Assembly: GCA_030141605.1 (NCBI GenBank)
Contig: JAQGDQ010001067.1
Coordinates: 1,692 to 65,691 of the forward strand
Direction: 5' to 3'
From: Tubiluchus corallicola
Taxonomy: Eukaryota > Animalia > Priapulida
DNA: 64,000 nucleotides
Part shown: positions 11,381 through 24,300 of the stretch, piece by piece
How positions within the stretch are numbered: the first letter of the stretch is position 1
Layout: the number at the start of each line of letters is the position of its first letter
The notes under the pieces: model-generated
The model's database searches: none
Told to the model about the DNA's origin: nothing
The model's input: only the letters and a program-made list of their open reading frames with translations
Program-made: the position numbers and the translations under genes

Positions 11381-14300
11381 GGCAAATGTCCTGTAATACA
11401 ACACAACAACATGGGTATTCGAAGCTAGAGAAGTTCTATTCATTCCGGAACCTTGCAAGGCTAAGCAGTAAGTGGGCCAGGCTAATAACAAACAAGGACC
11501 AAAGAATGACCAAAAGATAAGTTTAACAAGTGATCCATAAATTCCATAATATATATATTCTATCACGTAATTCTCGACTTACGTCCCTGACAACAGACAT
11601 ATTTAAAATGAAAAACACCAACGTTGAAAAGTCGTCGTCAAAGTCGTTTGCGTGCTTATGCTTTTGGTTTTAATCCTGGCAGTCTGTACTTGGTCTTGTT
11701 GATGCTAGGCACTCTCCTAGACTCCTATCCGCTGATACAGCCCAAATGTATCAACCCTCGAATCTAGAGTTGTATTTGTTAAATATCTTTGCAGGATGTC
11801 CGTATACACCAATGGCAATGGTTTACCCCTTGTGGAAAAAGTGTCAAAATGAAGCAAATGTCTGACAATGTTTGTAATCTTCTTCGTAAGCTAGAACTAA
11901 AAGTCACCAATATCAGTTCAAACTAGAGAAAGAGCTGCACACTGTATGTTAGTTTACACATTAGCCGTAAAAATTCATTAATTTTAATTCAGCATTACAA
12001 TTATTATTATTATTATTATAGTAAGTTTTTGCTGATACTAATATTCTGTTTGTAATGATGATGATGATGCTGATGATGATGATGATGATGATGATGCATC
12101 AACGTACCATAGAATGTTGTTTTAAAAATAATTTATTTAATCACGATGAGTAGTAAAAACAGTCTACTTCTTCAAATAAACTAAAAGACTTACACTGACC
12201 ATACTAACATTTTTCAACAGCATTAATGATGTGATTGAATTAAACAAAATTATAGTAGAGAACGAATTACTTTTAATGTAAAGTAAATGTGAAGCATGAA
12301 AAATTAAAATTCATACCAAACTACTGAGTATACACTGAAGATAAGAATAACAATGTTTGATTTTAAACTTTCAGCATTTTAACATACTTTTGAATGTTGT
12401 GATCACAGACTTGCTCTTACCTTTAAAGCTCAAACATGTCTGATATTTATCTTGTATTTCTTTTACTTCAATTTTATTTTATTTTAATTTACGCTCAGTT
12501 TACACTCAACAGTAATGATATATTCTCATACTCTGAGTTACATGGTAATCAGTTCATTGTGCGATTGTTTTCTTTAATTTAGTGTACCCTTGTGAAATTT
12601 TAAAAATGTATTATTATTTTTCAGTCTGTTTCAAAAAGTTAATTGTTTACATGAAACGTCATGATCAAATTAATTTTAATAATAATAATAATAATAATAA
12701 TAGTAATAGTAATAATAATAATAATAATGATGATGATATTGCGTTGAGACAATGGAGAATCTATCATACCTTTAATATTTATATTAAAGCTTCAGCCTCA
12801 CGGAGTTTCATGCCCAACTACGGCACAACATTGAAACTATAGCATGAATGGATTGACACAAAAAGATCCATCTTTTGACTATTGATCAAGGACATGTTCT
12901 TAGATAATCTTAGCCTGCACTAAGTCTTTCAAGTTGTGTTCGTTGGGTTTCAGGTCTGATGCGTTTCTAGCAAATTGGGTCAATTTAACAAATTTAAAAA
13001 ATCTGCTGAAACTGAACAATTTATGTTGCTTCTCTTAATAAAAGTCAAAACTGCAGGCCATATAAGATGCATGATCGAAGCTTCTTCAGTAAATTTTGGG
13101 AACATGATCGGCATTATTTCAAGCCTCCATGATTACCTAGATGTAATAATTGCTCTGTGTATGTACAACTACTATATTTTTGTACCCCTCCCCCCATATT
13201 GCAACAGGCTATGTATATAACTTATATCATATGACCCATAAGCTCATTATCTAATAGCTTGGTCAGATTTGGTTATAATAGGATTCTGTTCTTTTAGGTG
13301 CTTTAGTCCAGCTCGTTCTCAGTCTTATAAAATATCCAAGCAAGGCACTATAAACACGTGCAATCCACTGTTTTTGCTAGGTGTTTTGGTAGCTTATTTC
13401 ATGCTCCAGGTAATCTTGTTATAAACTTTCCATTCTTAGTCGAGAAGAGACTACTAAATATTAATTGCACCTTCAGTTTTTGCATTCAGTTTATGTGCAT
13501 GATTTTCGAAGCATTATGCTGTTATTAGTGCCATTATTGTTTTTTGTTTGTTTGTGATGCTAAAGCTCATTCACCATGTTCTGTTCTGTGACACACTGTA
13601 TTTGCTCCCCAGGCATGTTAGCAATATGTTACATCCTGTGCACCTAACTGGCCATTCAATATATATAGTCGATTCTTTTTCTTAATTTATATATTTCAGT
13701 CAAACTTGTTGTTGTTATAAAAATAAAAAAATCTTAACAAGGAACTATGAATTCTCAACAGGTCCTTCTGTCAGCTTACTTTGGCAGTTTTGATGATTTA
13801 CTTTATAGGTGTCTAGTGTCCTATGATCTCCATTATTGTGAAGTTTTCATTGATAATTACATTACTACGTGTACCTTAACTCAGCTTGTGTACATGATCT
13901 TTGATACAAGTAACTGTTAACTGTCAGTGCCATTTTGTTTTTTATATGTTGTTATTGTCAGTAAATATTGTCTCACACATCAGATTTCACACTGTCCACT
14001 TTCTGGCACAACAAAATTTACTCTATAACATTATTCATTCTCCAAGAATGTTTATGATGGTATAGAACTTTAGCTTATCGACTTTCACGTTTACATATAG
14101 TCTGTGTCACCTATTGTATAGACGTGAATAAAACAGTTACATACAATCACACTGTCAAGATTAGGGGTAAAGTGAATACAATCACAGAAACCTCAAATTT
14201 ATTGACAAAGTAATCTCAATTAAAAATTTGAACTTTACATAGGTTAACTGATCCAAGGAAAGTGGACCCCACTAAAATTACATTGGTCGTGTAAAAAAAC

Positions 14301-14754
14301 AGTTACTATTTTTTTTCAAGTTTTGCATTTTATTCAACATTTTCGAAGATTTCTTCCTGGGCTTACTTAAAATTGTCTAGGTCTGTGTCAATCAATGTGT
14401 TAAACCAGTAAACGTAAAATGAATAAATAAACATATGAATTTTAGAATTCTGCCTGCCTAATGTCTACGAATGGACAGGGATTTGGCCGCACGACGATTA
14501 TGATAATGATTAGCCATAGATTACGTAGTTATATTATTATAATGCATACAGCCTAAGCTTGCAGAATAATACAAACCTGTAGTGGTAGTCTAGTAGTACA
14601 GGTTTTCCCTTTGCTAATGACGTAACAATCGATATAATCAAGTGACTGAGTGGTGAATGTAGTTTAATTCGTTTGGCCTTACAATTTCGTCTGTGATTTC
14701 ATTATATTAAAGCTAACTAATTAATAATGGCGAAACCTCAATTTTTGTTTATGT

Positions 14755-16705
14755 TTACAATTAAATTCAATTTATTTATTGACTCCGCAAGAATGATCAA
14801 AATACAGTGGCAGGAATACATGCAATATTTCGAAGCAAAGGAGATGGGCAGCGAAGAACCCGTAGGTTATCTAGTCAGCCACCCTTAAATAGCTATGATT
14901 AAATAAAATTAATTATGGCATCGTTCACAATTTAAAATTGTATTAGGTTGATGTGTGTAATTGGCAATTAAATTTTTGGTATCGTAATACTGTAGAACAT
15001 AATAATTTAAATAAAGAAAGATTTACAGTTCTAAAATACTGTGGATCATGCGAAGCAAACACAATAAAAATAACTTAAGATTTTTAACAACAGAAAATGC
15101 ATAATTTGAGCATTAACTAAAAAATCCGGCAAAAAACAAAAAACAGTAGAATGATCAACCAAAGCTGTCGAGAAAAAATATAATAAATTAAACCAATGAA
15201 AAATAGGGCAAATATAAATCATACAAAACAAAACAAAAAACAGAAGCAAATAAGAGAAAACAAAACTGAAATGTTGTAATAATAACATCAATGACTGAAG
15301 TTGTCGAGAAAGAAAATATAATAAAATAAACCATCGAAAAACTATATCAACTGTAAATCAGACAAAATGAAATCAAAATATAGCAAAAACTTAAACAAAA
15401 ACTTAAAGTGTCGTAGCAATGAAAAAATATGTATAGGTATTACAAGGGCATAAGTAAAATGTCTCATTCATTTGTATCCTGCGATAAGTTGTTTTTTATA
15501 GTTTGGAATTAACTTTTTGTAGTTACTTGATTTTAACTGGTCTGATAATGAATTCCACAGCAAAGATCCTTGGTGTTTTAAAGAATTCTGGCCTTTAGAT
15601 GAGTTAAATCTTTCAATAAAATAAGATTGGGTGGTAGCAAACCTAGTAGAATGTTGATGCATGTAACATGCTAAAGTATAATAATTGCTGAAGAGATCCG
15701 GAAGTGAATTATTTTTGAATTTATATACAAACTTGAGCAATTCTAATTTATACAGATCATATACTTTTAGTAAATTTAATTGCAAATACAAAGGTGTTAC
15801 ATGTTCCCTTTTACTAGTAAATGTTATAAGTTTGATAATCTTATTTTGTTTAGAAACCAATGATTTTAAGACTGATGCTGAAGCACTACCCCAGGCGAGA
15901 ATGCCATAACTCAGATATGGCATGACAAGAGAAGAATATAAGAGCCGTAGTGCATCTACATTTATGTAGTGTCGTATTCTAGCTAATACACCACTTAATT
16001 TGCTAATTTTGTTGACTATATGCTGTACATGTGTTTTCCAAGTAATGCTACTATCTATAAATATGCCAAGATATTTGATTTCTTGGGTAGATTGAATATT
16101 ACAACCTCCCATATTTATGTTTAAACTATTGTTATGTTGCTTGTTTCCACTTAACATATATTTTGTTTTTTTATAATTTATCGATAGCTTATTTGCTTGC
16201 ATCCATTTATTAATATTGTCCAGTTCCACATTTACTGAATGTTCTAATGTTTTGATATTTTGGTGTGATAAAAATAAGTTTGTATCGTCTGCAAACAATC
16301 TGGTGTTAAATTGCGAACAAGATGGCAGATCATTAATATATAAAAGAAATAACAATGGACCCAATGTAGAACCCTGTGGGACACCACAGATTATATCAGC
16401 AAGTTTAGACTCTGATGAATCAATAGACGTAAACTGTTTCCTATTAGTAAGGTAAGACGTGAAAAGTGCGAGAGGACGTCCCCTGATACCATAGTATGAT
16501 AACTTATATAACAAAATGTCACGTTGAACCGTGTCGAATGCTTTCGATAAATCTAAAAATATAGCACAAGTAGTTTTCCCCTTATCAATATTCGCTAGAA
16601 AGTTCTCAATTATTTCTGACACAGCTAAAGATGTAGAATGATTTTTTCTGAATCCAAATTGGAATTTAGTTAAAATTTGTTCTTTTAAGAGAAATTTAGC
16701 TAGCC
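14755..16705 (-). mobile_element. 5'-truncated L2/Crack-like LINE with an uninterrupted 384-aa RT ORF (15468-16622) and 3'UTR
   Basis: FQFGFRKNHST, FLDLSKAFDTV, GVPQGSTLGPLLFLLYINDL, LFADDTNL, IKYLGI motifs; T-rich 3'UTR ending in a hairpin (14846-14884) and AATAAA-like tail. Confidence 0.92.
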
Positions 16706-17670
16706 TTTACGTGGTTTAATTTTCTCATTGTCCTGTCTCTGATTATACTTATTGTAATTTTTGTAACGATTGCATTCTGATCATCTTTGTGAAGTCTTCT
16801 GACATGGTTAATACTACAATGCAACTTGATAATATGAATTATTGGTAAATTCAAGTTTTTATCAAATTCTTACTAACTCCGCTTTAACGTCTTTCACCAT
16901 GTATTGTTCATTCCTGTATTTACCTCTTGAAGACCATGCCCCATTCCTTTAGCCAGTTCATGCTACTGCCAGGTAAAGGCCACATTACATGACCTAAATT
17001 ATTTCTAAAATTTAATTAGCAATGTGCAATATAAAGTCAAATATTGGCCTATGAAGATGCTCTAGCAGTCTAATCTGTTTTAAATAAAGTGATGGAACTT
17101 ACTGATCATGTAGTAATGGTAGTTTGAATGGCACATATAATTACATTGACATTTCATCTTTTTAGATAGAAATATAGTTAGAAACAATGTTTATGTTATA
17201 AAATTATCACATTTTCAATTTTTGCTTGTTTTACTGAGCATGTTTCTGTTATATAACTTATTATGGTTTTTTTATGACTCGGAACAATGTATAGTAGTGA
17301 TTGTGGGAAAAATTGTCAACTGTAACAGAGTGATGTTCCAGGAACTAGCTCTATTTTCCTGTGACCATAGCATAGCAGCAGTGCACAACATGCCATACGT
17401 TCCTTGCCTGTGCAATGCTATAAGCTAAGTAACGTCTGCATTTTGCTCTAGTGAAGGTGCAGCCAGCAGACTGCCAAAACTTTCTAAACTATTACACATA
17501 TAAACAAATGACTTTTGTGTCATATTCAAGACTGCCAACAATAACTGACTATCAGCAAAGTCATGGTTTGAAAAGGTAGCTAAGTTATTTTAAAAGAAAA
17601 AAATTAAAGTAAAAAATTTGTGAAAGAGAGGTACATTAATGAACAACATGACTGAGAGGCATTCATGCTA

Positions 17671-18065
17671 TAGTAGGTGCTGCTTAATAGACTCACTGTG
17701 GGACGAAGTGTTTTGACCCAATTAACCGACTGAACCGAGTTAATTGCAATGGAACGGCGGGTCAAAGGAAACCCTTAGGCTAGCATATTAGCCTATGATA
17801 AACGTTCCTGCTTATAAACAAAACGGTACTTAACATGATTGTTTCTATGTATATTATAGGACAAAAGCAAACTAAGATGATATAAAAGTCACAGAAGCTT
17901 ATTAGTCTCACAAAAATGTCTTATTGAAGCATGTGAAGCAAAAATACTGAGTCAATTATGCAGAGTTATTTGGGTTAATTACCGACAGTTTTTATGTACA
18001 TATGTTTTTAAGACAATTAAGCAATTGAGTCTATTAACCGTGAGTGTATTAAGCGGTGCCTACTG
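17671..18065. mobile_element. pogo/Tigger-like MITE
   Basis: Imperfect TIRs tagtaggtgctgcttaatagactcac and gtgagtgtattaagcggtgcctactg, both flanked by TA. Confidence 0.75.
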
Positions 18066-18395
18066 TATCTTAATAGCTTCTTACTGTTGTGTAGCTTAGT
18101 CTTATCATCAGGTTTAAAGCATTTCAACTCTAAAACATAACTTTGTAATTTCTAAAGTTCTTTTCATAAACTGTAAAATTATTTACACTTGTCAATCAAT
18201 TTCTGAAACTATCAGGCCTATTAGTTACTAGGCATTAATGTACTGGAGCAATATCCTGTCTCAGCTGGTATGGTACTTTAACTGCTGATGACTACGATTG
18301 TTTTGACAGCAATGCAACTATAAACTGAGTAATGTAGCCTGTGTTTTTTTCTTTTTTTTGTAGGATTCTGTTAAACAAGAATAATAACAGGCAAG

Positions 18396-21300
18396 ATGAA
18401 TAACACACCGCTGGTTCCCTTCAAAGCTAAGATAGCTGAAGAATCTTTGAAAGAAGAAGAGGAACACAGAGTGCACACGTTGTTTGAATTGTCTAATTTC
18501 CAACGTGAGAAGCTGACATTCTATTATAACATGCTAGGTAATATCGTAATATTTAGTTTTCCTGTTGTTGCTTGTGGCCATGTGAACTACTGCATTTGGT
18601 GTTTACATAGAAAGCATTTTCTTGTATAAGCTTCACAGGTTCATGAGTGAAATTAAAGAAATGCAAAATGATCGTAGCATTCCATTCTACAAGGTGCTCA
18701 CCAAAATACAAACTTCGGAACAGCTACTCGATACAGTAAGTCCTCGCTTAACGACTCCCTGTTTAGCGACATTTCGTTTTAATGACGCTGAAGATTTGAC
18801 ACCCTTTTTCAGTTAATGATGCACTGTTTAATTTTAATAATGATTTCAAATAAGTATTGCATTATTCTGTTCTAAAAACGCACTAGTAAAGTAAGCAGCG
18901 CAATTATTATACAAGTATACATTTTTGCTTCCTGTCTGACCACTAAATGCTAGCCATTTGTATCAAGAGAGACCTGGGAGCAAACTTATGAAAGGAATTT
19001 TGCCTGCAACCTACTGCTATAGTATCCAGATTAGATAAAACTCCCAAGGCCGCCCAGCACTTGACTTTGACTCTGCTTCACTGTTTATTGTTTAACCGCT
19101 GCCTACACTTAAATGTTAACGAAAGAGAAATCGCTATAGCTAGGTAAGTTAGATATATAGGTGGTTTCAAGCAGGCAGAAAGAACTTAATCAGTTGAAAT
19201 ATGAACGAAAATCTTTAATTTATGTGATTTAAGCAGCACTGATTTTTGCCTCAGGAACGTATCTCAGTTCTTTTACATTACTTTCTGTGGAAGTTTAGGC
19301 TTGTTTAACAACATTTCCAAAAGTGGCCGTGGCATTACACTTGTAATCCAAAGGTGACGAGTTCAAATCTAGATCCAGTCACAATTTTCTTCCTTTCAGT
19401 TAACTTTGGTTTACAAAAATGGCAAATGTGGATTTGCTCCATCAGTAATTCATAATCTTGAATAAAAATTTAAGATTATATATCTGTTTCATTTGTCTTC
19501 ATATAACATATACCATATAAACTTAGATTTAGGCTTTAAAAGCTGGGAACCATCACATAGTGGCACTGCCTAAGAACTGTAGATGGATGTGGCACGACCA
19601 GAATCTACCTAATTATCAAATATAATCTTCAAAGCAAAGGTGTTTCGGCCTGTTCAGATGTGCATTCCCCCCCCCCCCTTCGACAAGGCAAACAGCCATA
19701 GGAACAAACAAGCCGTGAAACGAACAAGTTTTGACTCTGACAGTACGGACACCCATCCATTTATTGACTAGTCGCTAAATACACACATTGACCACTTGGC
19801 TATTCACTTTGCCCCATTATTAATTGATGACACTTAAGTGCTGGTTTAGCATTGTAATTTGATACTATAACAGATACTACATCACTTTACCTGTTCGGCA
19901 ACCGCTAACGTATCAAACTTTGCAGATCAAGATAACGATGGAGAATTCTCTCTAGAGGATGCGAAATCCTTAATTCAGGTGATTGTTTATCATCTTCTTG
20001 GATTTCAATAACAGTACAGTACCTCTGATTTTTTTTCTACATTTCATATCATGTATGAAACTTTTCTTGAAATAGATTTTAAATATTGGAGGTCTGTAAA
20101 AATGTGCTGTTGAATGTAGCTATGTGAATAGGAAGCAAAAGCAGTATAAGTAGAATAGTAATATTGTGTGGTTGAAAAAGCATGTCAAGTAATTGACTTC
20201 ATTTTTTTTTAGAAAATGGTCAAATTCGCTTATGTTGCTACACAGACGGAAATGTATGCTCACATAGAAGATATCACAATCAATTTTCGTGAGAGTTTAG
20301 TTGACAAGTGTGGAAAAGAAGGTGAAAGTTAAAATATGGTCTGTTGCGCATTAAAAAAAGCATTGTGTAGAATGAGAATCAAGTAACTGAAGTGCTGTAA
20401 TTTAATATAATCTTTGCTCAGTACAGACCTGTATTAAAATTCAAAAGTAACGATTCTCGTTCGAAATTTTCAAATGTTTACCCATTTGGTCTGTAATCCA
20501 TATTTTGAAAAATGTTCAGAATTTGATGTGTTTATTTAAAAATTTTAGTCTAAATAGAGAATTACAACAAAGTGTATTTAAATCTGACATTGGGGCTGCT
20601 GTTATGGTAAACTACAGTTATTTGGTTACATGCAATTGATGTATGCTTAACATGCTTTGATGAATTATCGTGAAACTGGAACTTTGTAAAAACCCGGCGT
20701 TATATCTGTGAGTGACTTTAACCCGTAAATTCATTTAGTAAGGCTGTTAAACATAGAACTGGAACAAAATTTTAGAACAGACCGATTTATTTTTTTACTA
20801 AAATAGACATTGGGCTGGAAGATTGGTTAGATGTATGGGCAGTAATCATGAGACGATGCATGGCTATCTCGGATTTTCCTTATTGGGTGCAACTATTTTG
20901 CAAGCTTCTTTTTGAAGTCATTGATAAAGACAGTAAGTGACTATATGCACATAAGAAGGTAAAATAGATAAAAGTGGTAGTAGAGCATTAAGTATGTAAC
21001 AAAACTTTGCATATCTTACTTGATCAGTACAGGAATATAAATGAAATTATCAGTATTTACATTTTTGTATGTATCTCAAATGTTTGTGAGATATATGTTT
21101 TTGAGAATGTGTTTGATAAATCTGGCAATTCTTAAAGCCAGATTTCCTATGTTGCTGTAATTATTTTACTTGCAGCACATTCAAGTACAAGAATATTTTA
21201 TTTGCAATATGTGTTTGTACAAAGTTGCTTTATGCTAGTCTATATCTATAGATAATTAATGGATTACACTTTAATCAAAATGCATATATTTTTCCATTAG

Positions 21301-24300
21301 CCAATGCTGCGATCATATGTGTCCTGAAATAATTTGAATGCAGGTACTGTTCGCACACGTAGAATGCGTAACAATTTGTTTGATGAAAAATAATTGGTTG
21401 TGAAGCACTTGGCTTGATGAAAAATAGTGAATACTGCAGTACTTAGTTTGATAAAAAAACAATGAATAGCATGCAACACTTAGTTTGGTGAAAACAGTGA
21501 ATAGCATGCAACACTTGGTTTGGTGAAAAACAATGAATAGCATGCAGGACTTAGCTAAGCTAGCTTGATGAAAAACAATGAATAGCATGCAGCACTTGGC
21601 TTGCTGAAAAACAGTGAATAGCATGTATCACATGGCTTGCTGAAAACAATGAATAGCATGCAACACTTGGCTTGCTGAAAAACAATGAATAGCATGTAGC
21701 ATGTGGCTTGCTGAAAAACAGTGAATAGCATGTATCACATGGCTTGCTGAAAACAATGAATAGCATGCAACACTTGGCTTGCTGAAAAACAATGAATAGC
21801 ATGCAACACTTAGTTTGATGAAAAACAATGAATAGCATGCAACACTTAGTTTGATGAAAAACAATGAATAGCATGTAGCATGTGGCTTGCTGAAAAACAA
21901 TGAATAGCATGCTACACTTGGTTTGCTGAAAAACAATGAATAGCATGCAACACTTGGTTTGGTGAAAAACAATGAATAGCATGCAGGACTTAGCTAAGCT
22001 AGCTTGATGAAAAACAATGAACAGCATTCAGCACTTAGCTTGCTAAAGAACAGTGAATAGTGTACACCACTTAGCTAGATGAAAAACAGTCAAGAATGCA
22101 CAGCACATTACTTGATAGAAAACAGTCAACAGTGTACAGCACTTTGTCTTTTATGTCCTTTATGTCAACTTTATTTGTCACGCTGTTTTATTTGACAATT
22201 TGTCACTTGTTATTTATTATTTTATAAGAGACGGCAATATCAAAACAAGATATGCATTATTGTGATGACACTTAGTTGATACTGGTAACTGATATTCTTA
22301 TGGTTTTAGGAGATGCAGAAATTTCAAAACAAGAGCTGTGTGATTATTATGCTAATTTTATTGGTATGGACCCTGAACATGTTAAGGCTCAAACAGAAAA
22401 AGGGTATCGGAGTATGACCGCTGTAAGTAAATTTGCAATGTATTTCATTAATTATCATTATTTCATAAGTTTAATTACTGACGGTAAATTGTGCCTTCAA
22501 TCCTGTGTTTCATTACAAAAATACTATAGTATAATCCACTTATAATGAGGCCTGTTATAACGAGTCTTTGGTTATTATGAGGAAATTTCAAAGTCCCATC
22601 ACATCTTAGGCCTAAATATATTTTAACCTTGGTTACAGTGAGCTCCGATAGTACGAGATTTTGCTTATTATGAGGGGATTTTCCAGCCCCATGATTGTAT
22701 TTACTCTGCATATAATAAGCGCAACTTCTAAAACAATGGTTCACCAAGGGCAAAAAGATCACGTTGTACTGTGATGGTTGATTTATTGATTGCGTTGATA
22801 AAACAATGTTATGTATGTCAAGTACAGCACAATCATGTAGATCTGCTGGTCAGTCAGCTCAGCAGCTACAAGTGCTGCTGCACACACTACAGTTCAGAAT
22901 GAAGCACAATGATTCAGACAGAAAAACAACCAGTTTATCAACACGTTAAGAAGTTACTAGGCGACAGTAAACTTGACAGCTCCTTGAATAAAGTGACGCA
23001 ATTTAATGTGAAGCAGGTATAATAAGGAGTTTTTTTTAAATAAATTGTTCTGCTTTGTAAAACAAATAATTCAGTGACTTTCAGTTTAATTTTTAATAAA
23101 AGTGCTATTTTAAATAAATACAATGATTTTACTTTAAATGGTACTTAGGTTGTTTAGAGTGTAGATTTAGTTATTAAGCTCCATGCTGAAATGCTCAACA
23201 GTTATACCTCGCCTGCACAGCTATTTAAAAGCCAGTCATATTTTCCACCTACGCAGACATCCAGGGGTCTTGTGTGAGCATCGTATATTTTGGTGGTATA
23301 TGTATGGGTATATAACCGACGAGGCTACAGCTCCAATGACGTCATCATTTTCGGCAATCTATCCACCAAATGAAAGGTCTAGACCCACAGATTTGACATT
23401 GGGGGTTTATTTTTCGAATCAGACCCACTGGGAGGAGGGGGGGGGCAAAAAACCTCCAAAAATGCCCTTTTTGACCGTTTTTTGCAAAAATTTGCAAAAC
23501 TTATACCTCTTTTTTCTGGAGAATGGGATTAGACCGGAGACCAGGGACGGTGCTGATAATAGTTAGATAGCCCGTTCAATGGTTGGTGTTATAATCATAT
23601 TTAGAATTCGCGGGAGGGCCACGGCGTCCTTTAACAGGCATTTTCCCGGACCCAACCACGCAAATTTTGCAAGAAACTGCTCAAACAGCCTCTAGAAAAA
23701 TTCAATTTGTGCAACTGTCTGGGTATGTTGGGAAAAAATAAGCACGCCAGCAGAAAGAGGACGAAACGGTTTCAGCAAGAGAGATGTCCAACAAACGAAA
23801 TGGGAAGAGTGTATTTCGAAGTTCTTTTTCTACCCCGTGCTGCACGCTATTTGAAACATCCTTTGTCTTTGAGTATGAGAAATTTCGTGGCTGTTCCATG
23901 CATTGTTGTCACCCACTGTTCTGCAGTGTTAGAGACTGTACACGTAAGTTATACCTGTTAGCCTTTTATCATCAGAGAAGCAGCAGTAACCAAAACTATG
24001 TAGAATGTCTGTGCATTGCTAATCATAGGTGGATAGTCTAAGAGCATTTATTATATAGCACACAGTTTCAAGTTTGTGCAAAACGTTTTGCATTGTTTTG
24101 CTATGATGCTGCACTGTTGGTATTGTAGGTGTCATCGTCGTTGTCATCATTAGCACCATCATGATCGTTATGTGGCATGGTGGATTTCGTGTTGTATGGT
24201 ACAGTGTAGTGGGTGCAGTGAGTGTGCTGTGGTATGGTGTGGGTGGTGTAGTGTGGTGGGTGTGATATGCTGTGTTGGAGGTGGTGTGGTGTTGTGTTGT

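Noticed and set aside
19321-19385. tRNA-like sequence with a B-box (GAGTTCAAATC); a similar half at ~41800-41840 (-)
   Set aside because: No complete cloverleaf or acceptor stem; at most a decayed tRNA-derived SINE head.
21297-22027. Regular ~36-bp repeats resembling a CRISPR array, with repetitive ORFs
   Set aside because: Units are head-to-tail with no unique spacers, sit in a eukaryotic intron and have no cas genes nearby; ordinary minisatellite.
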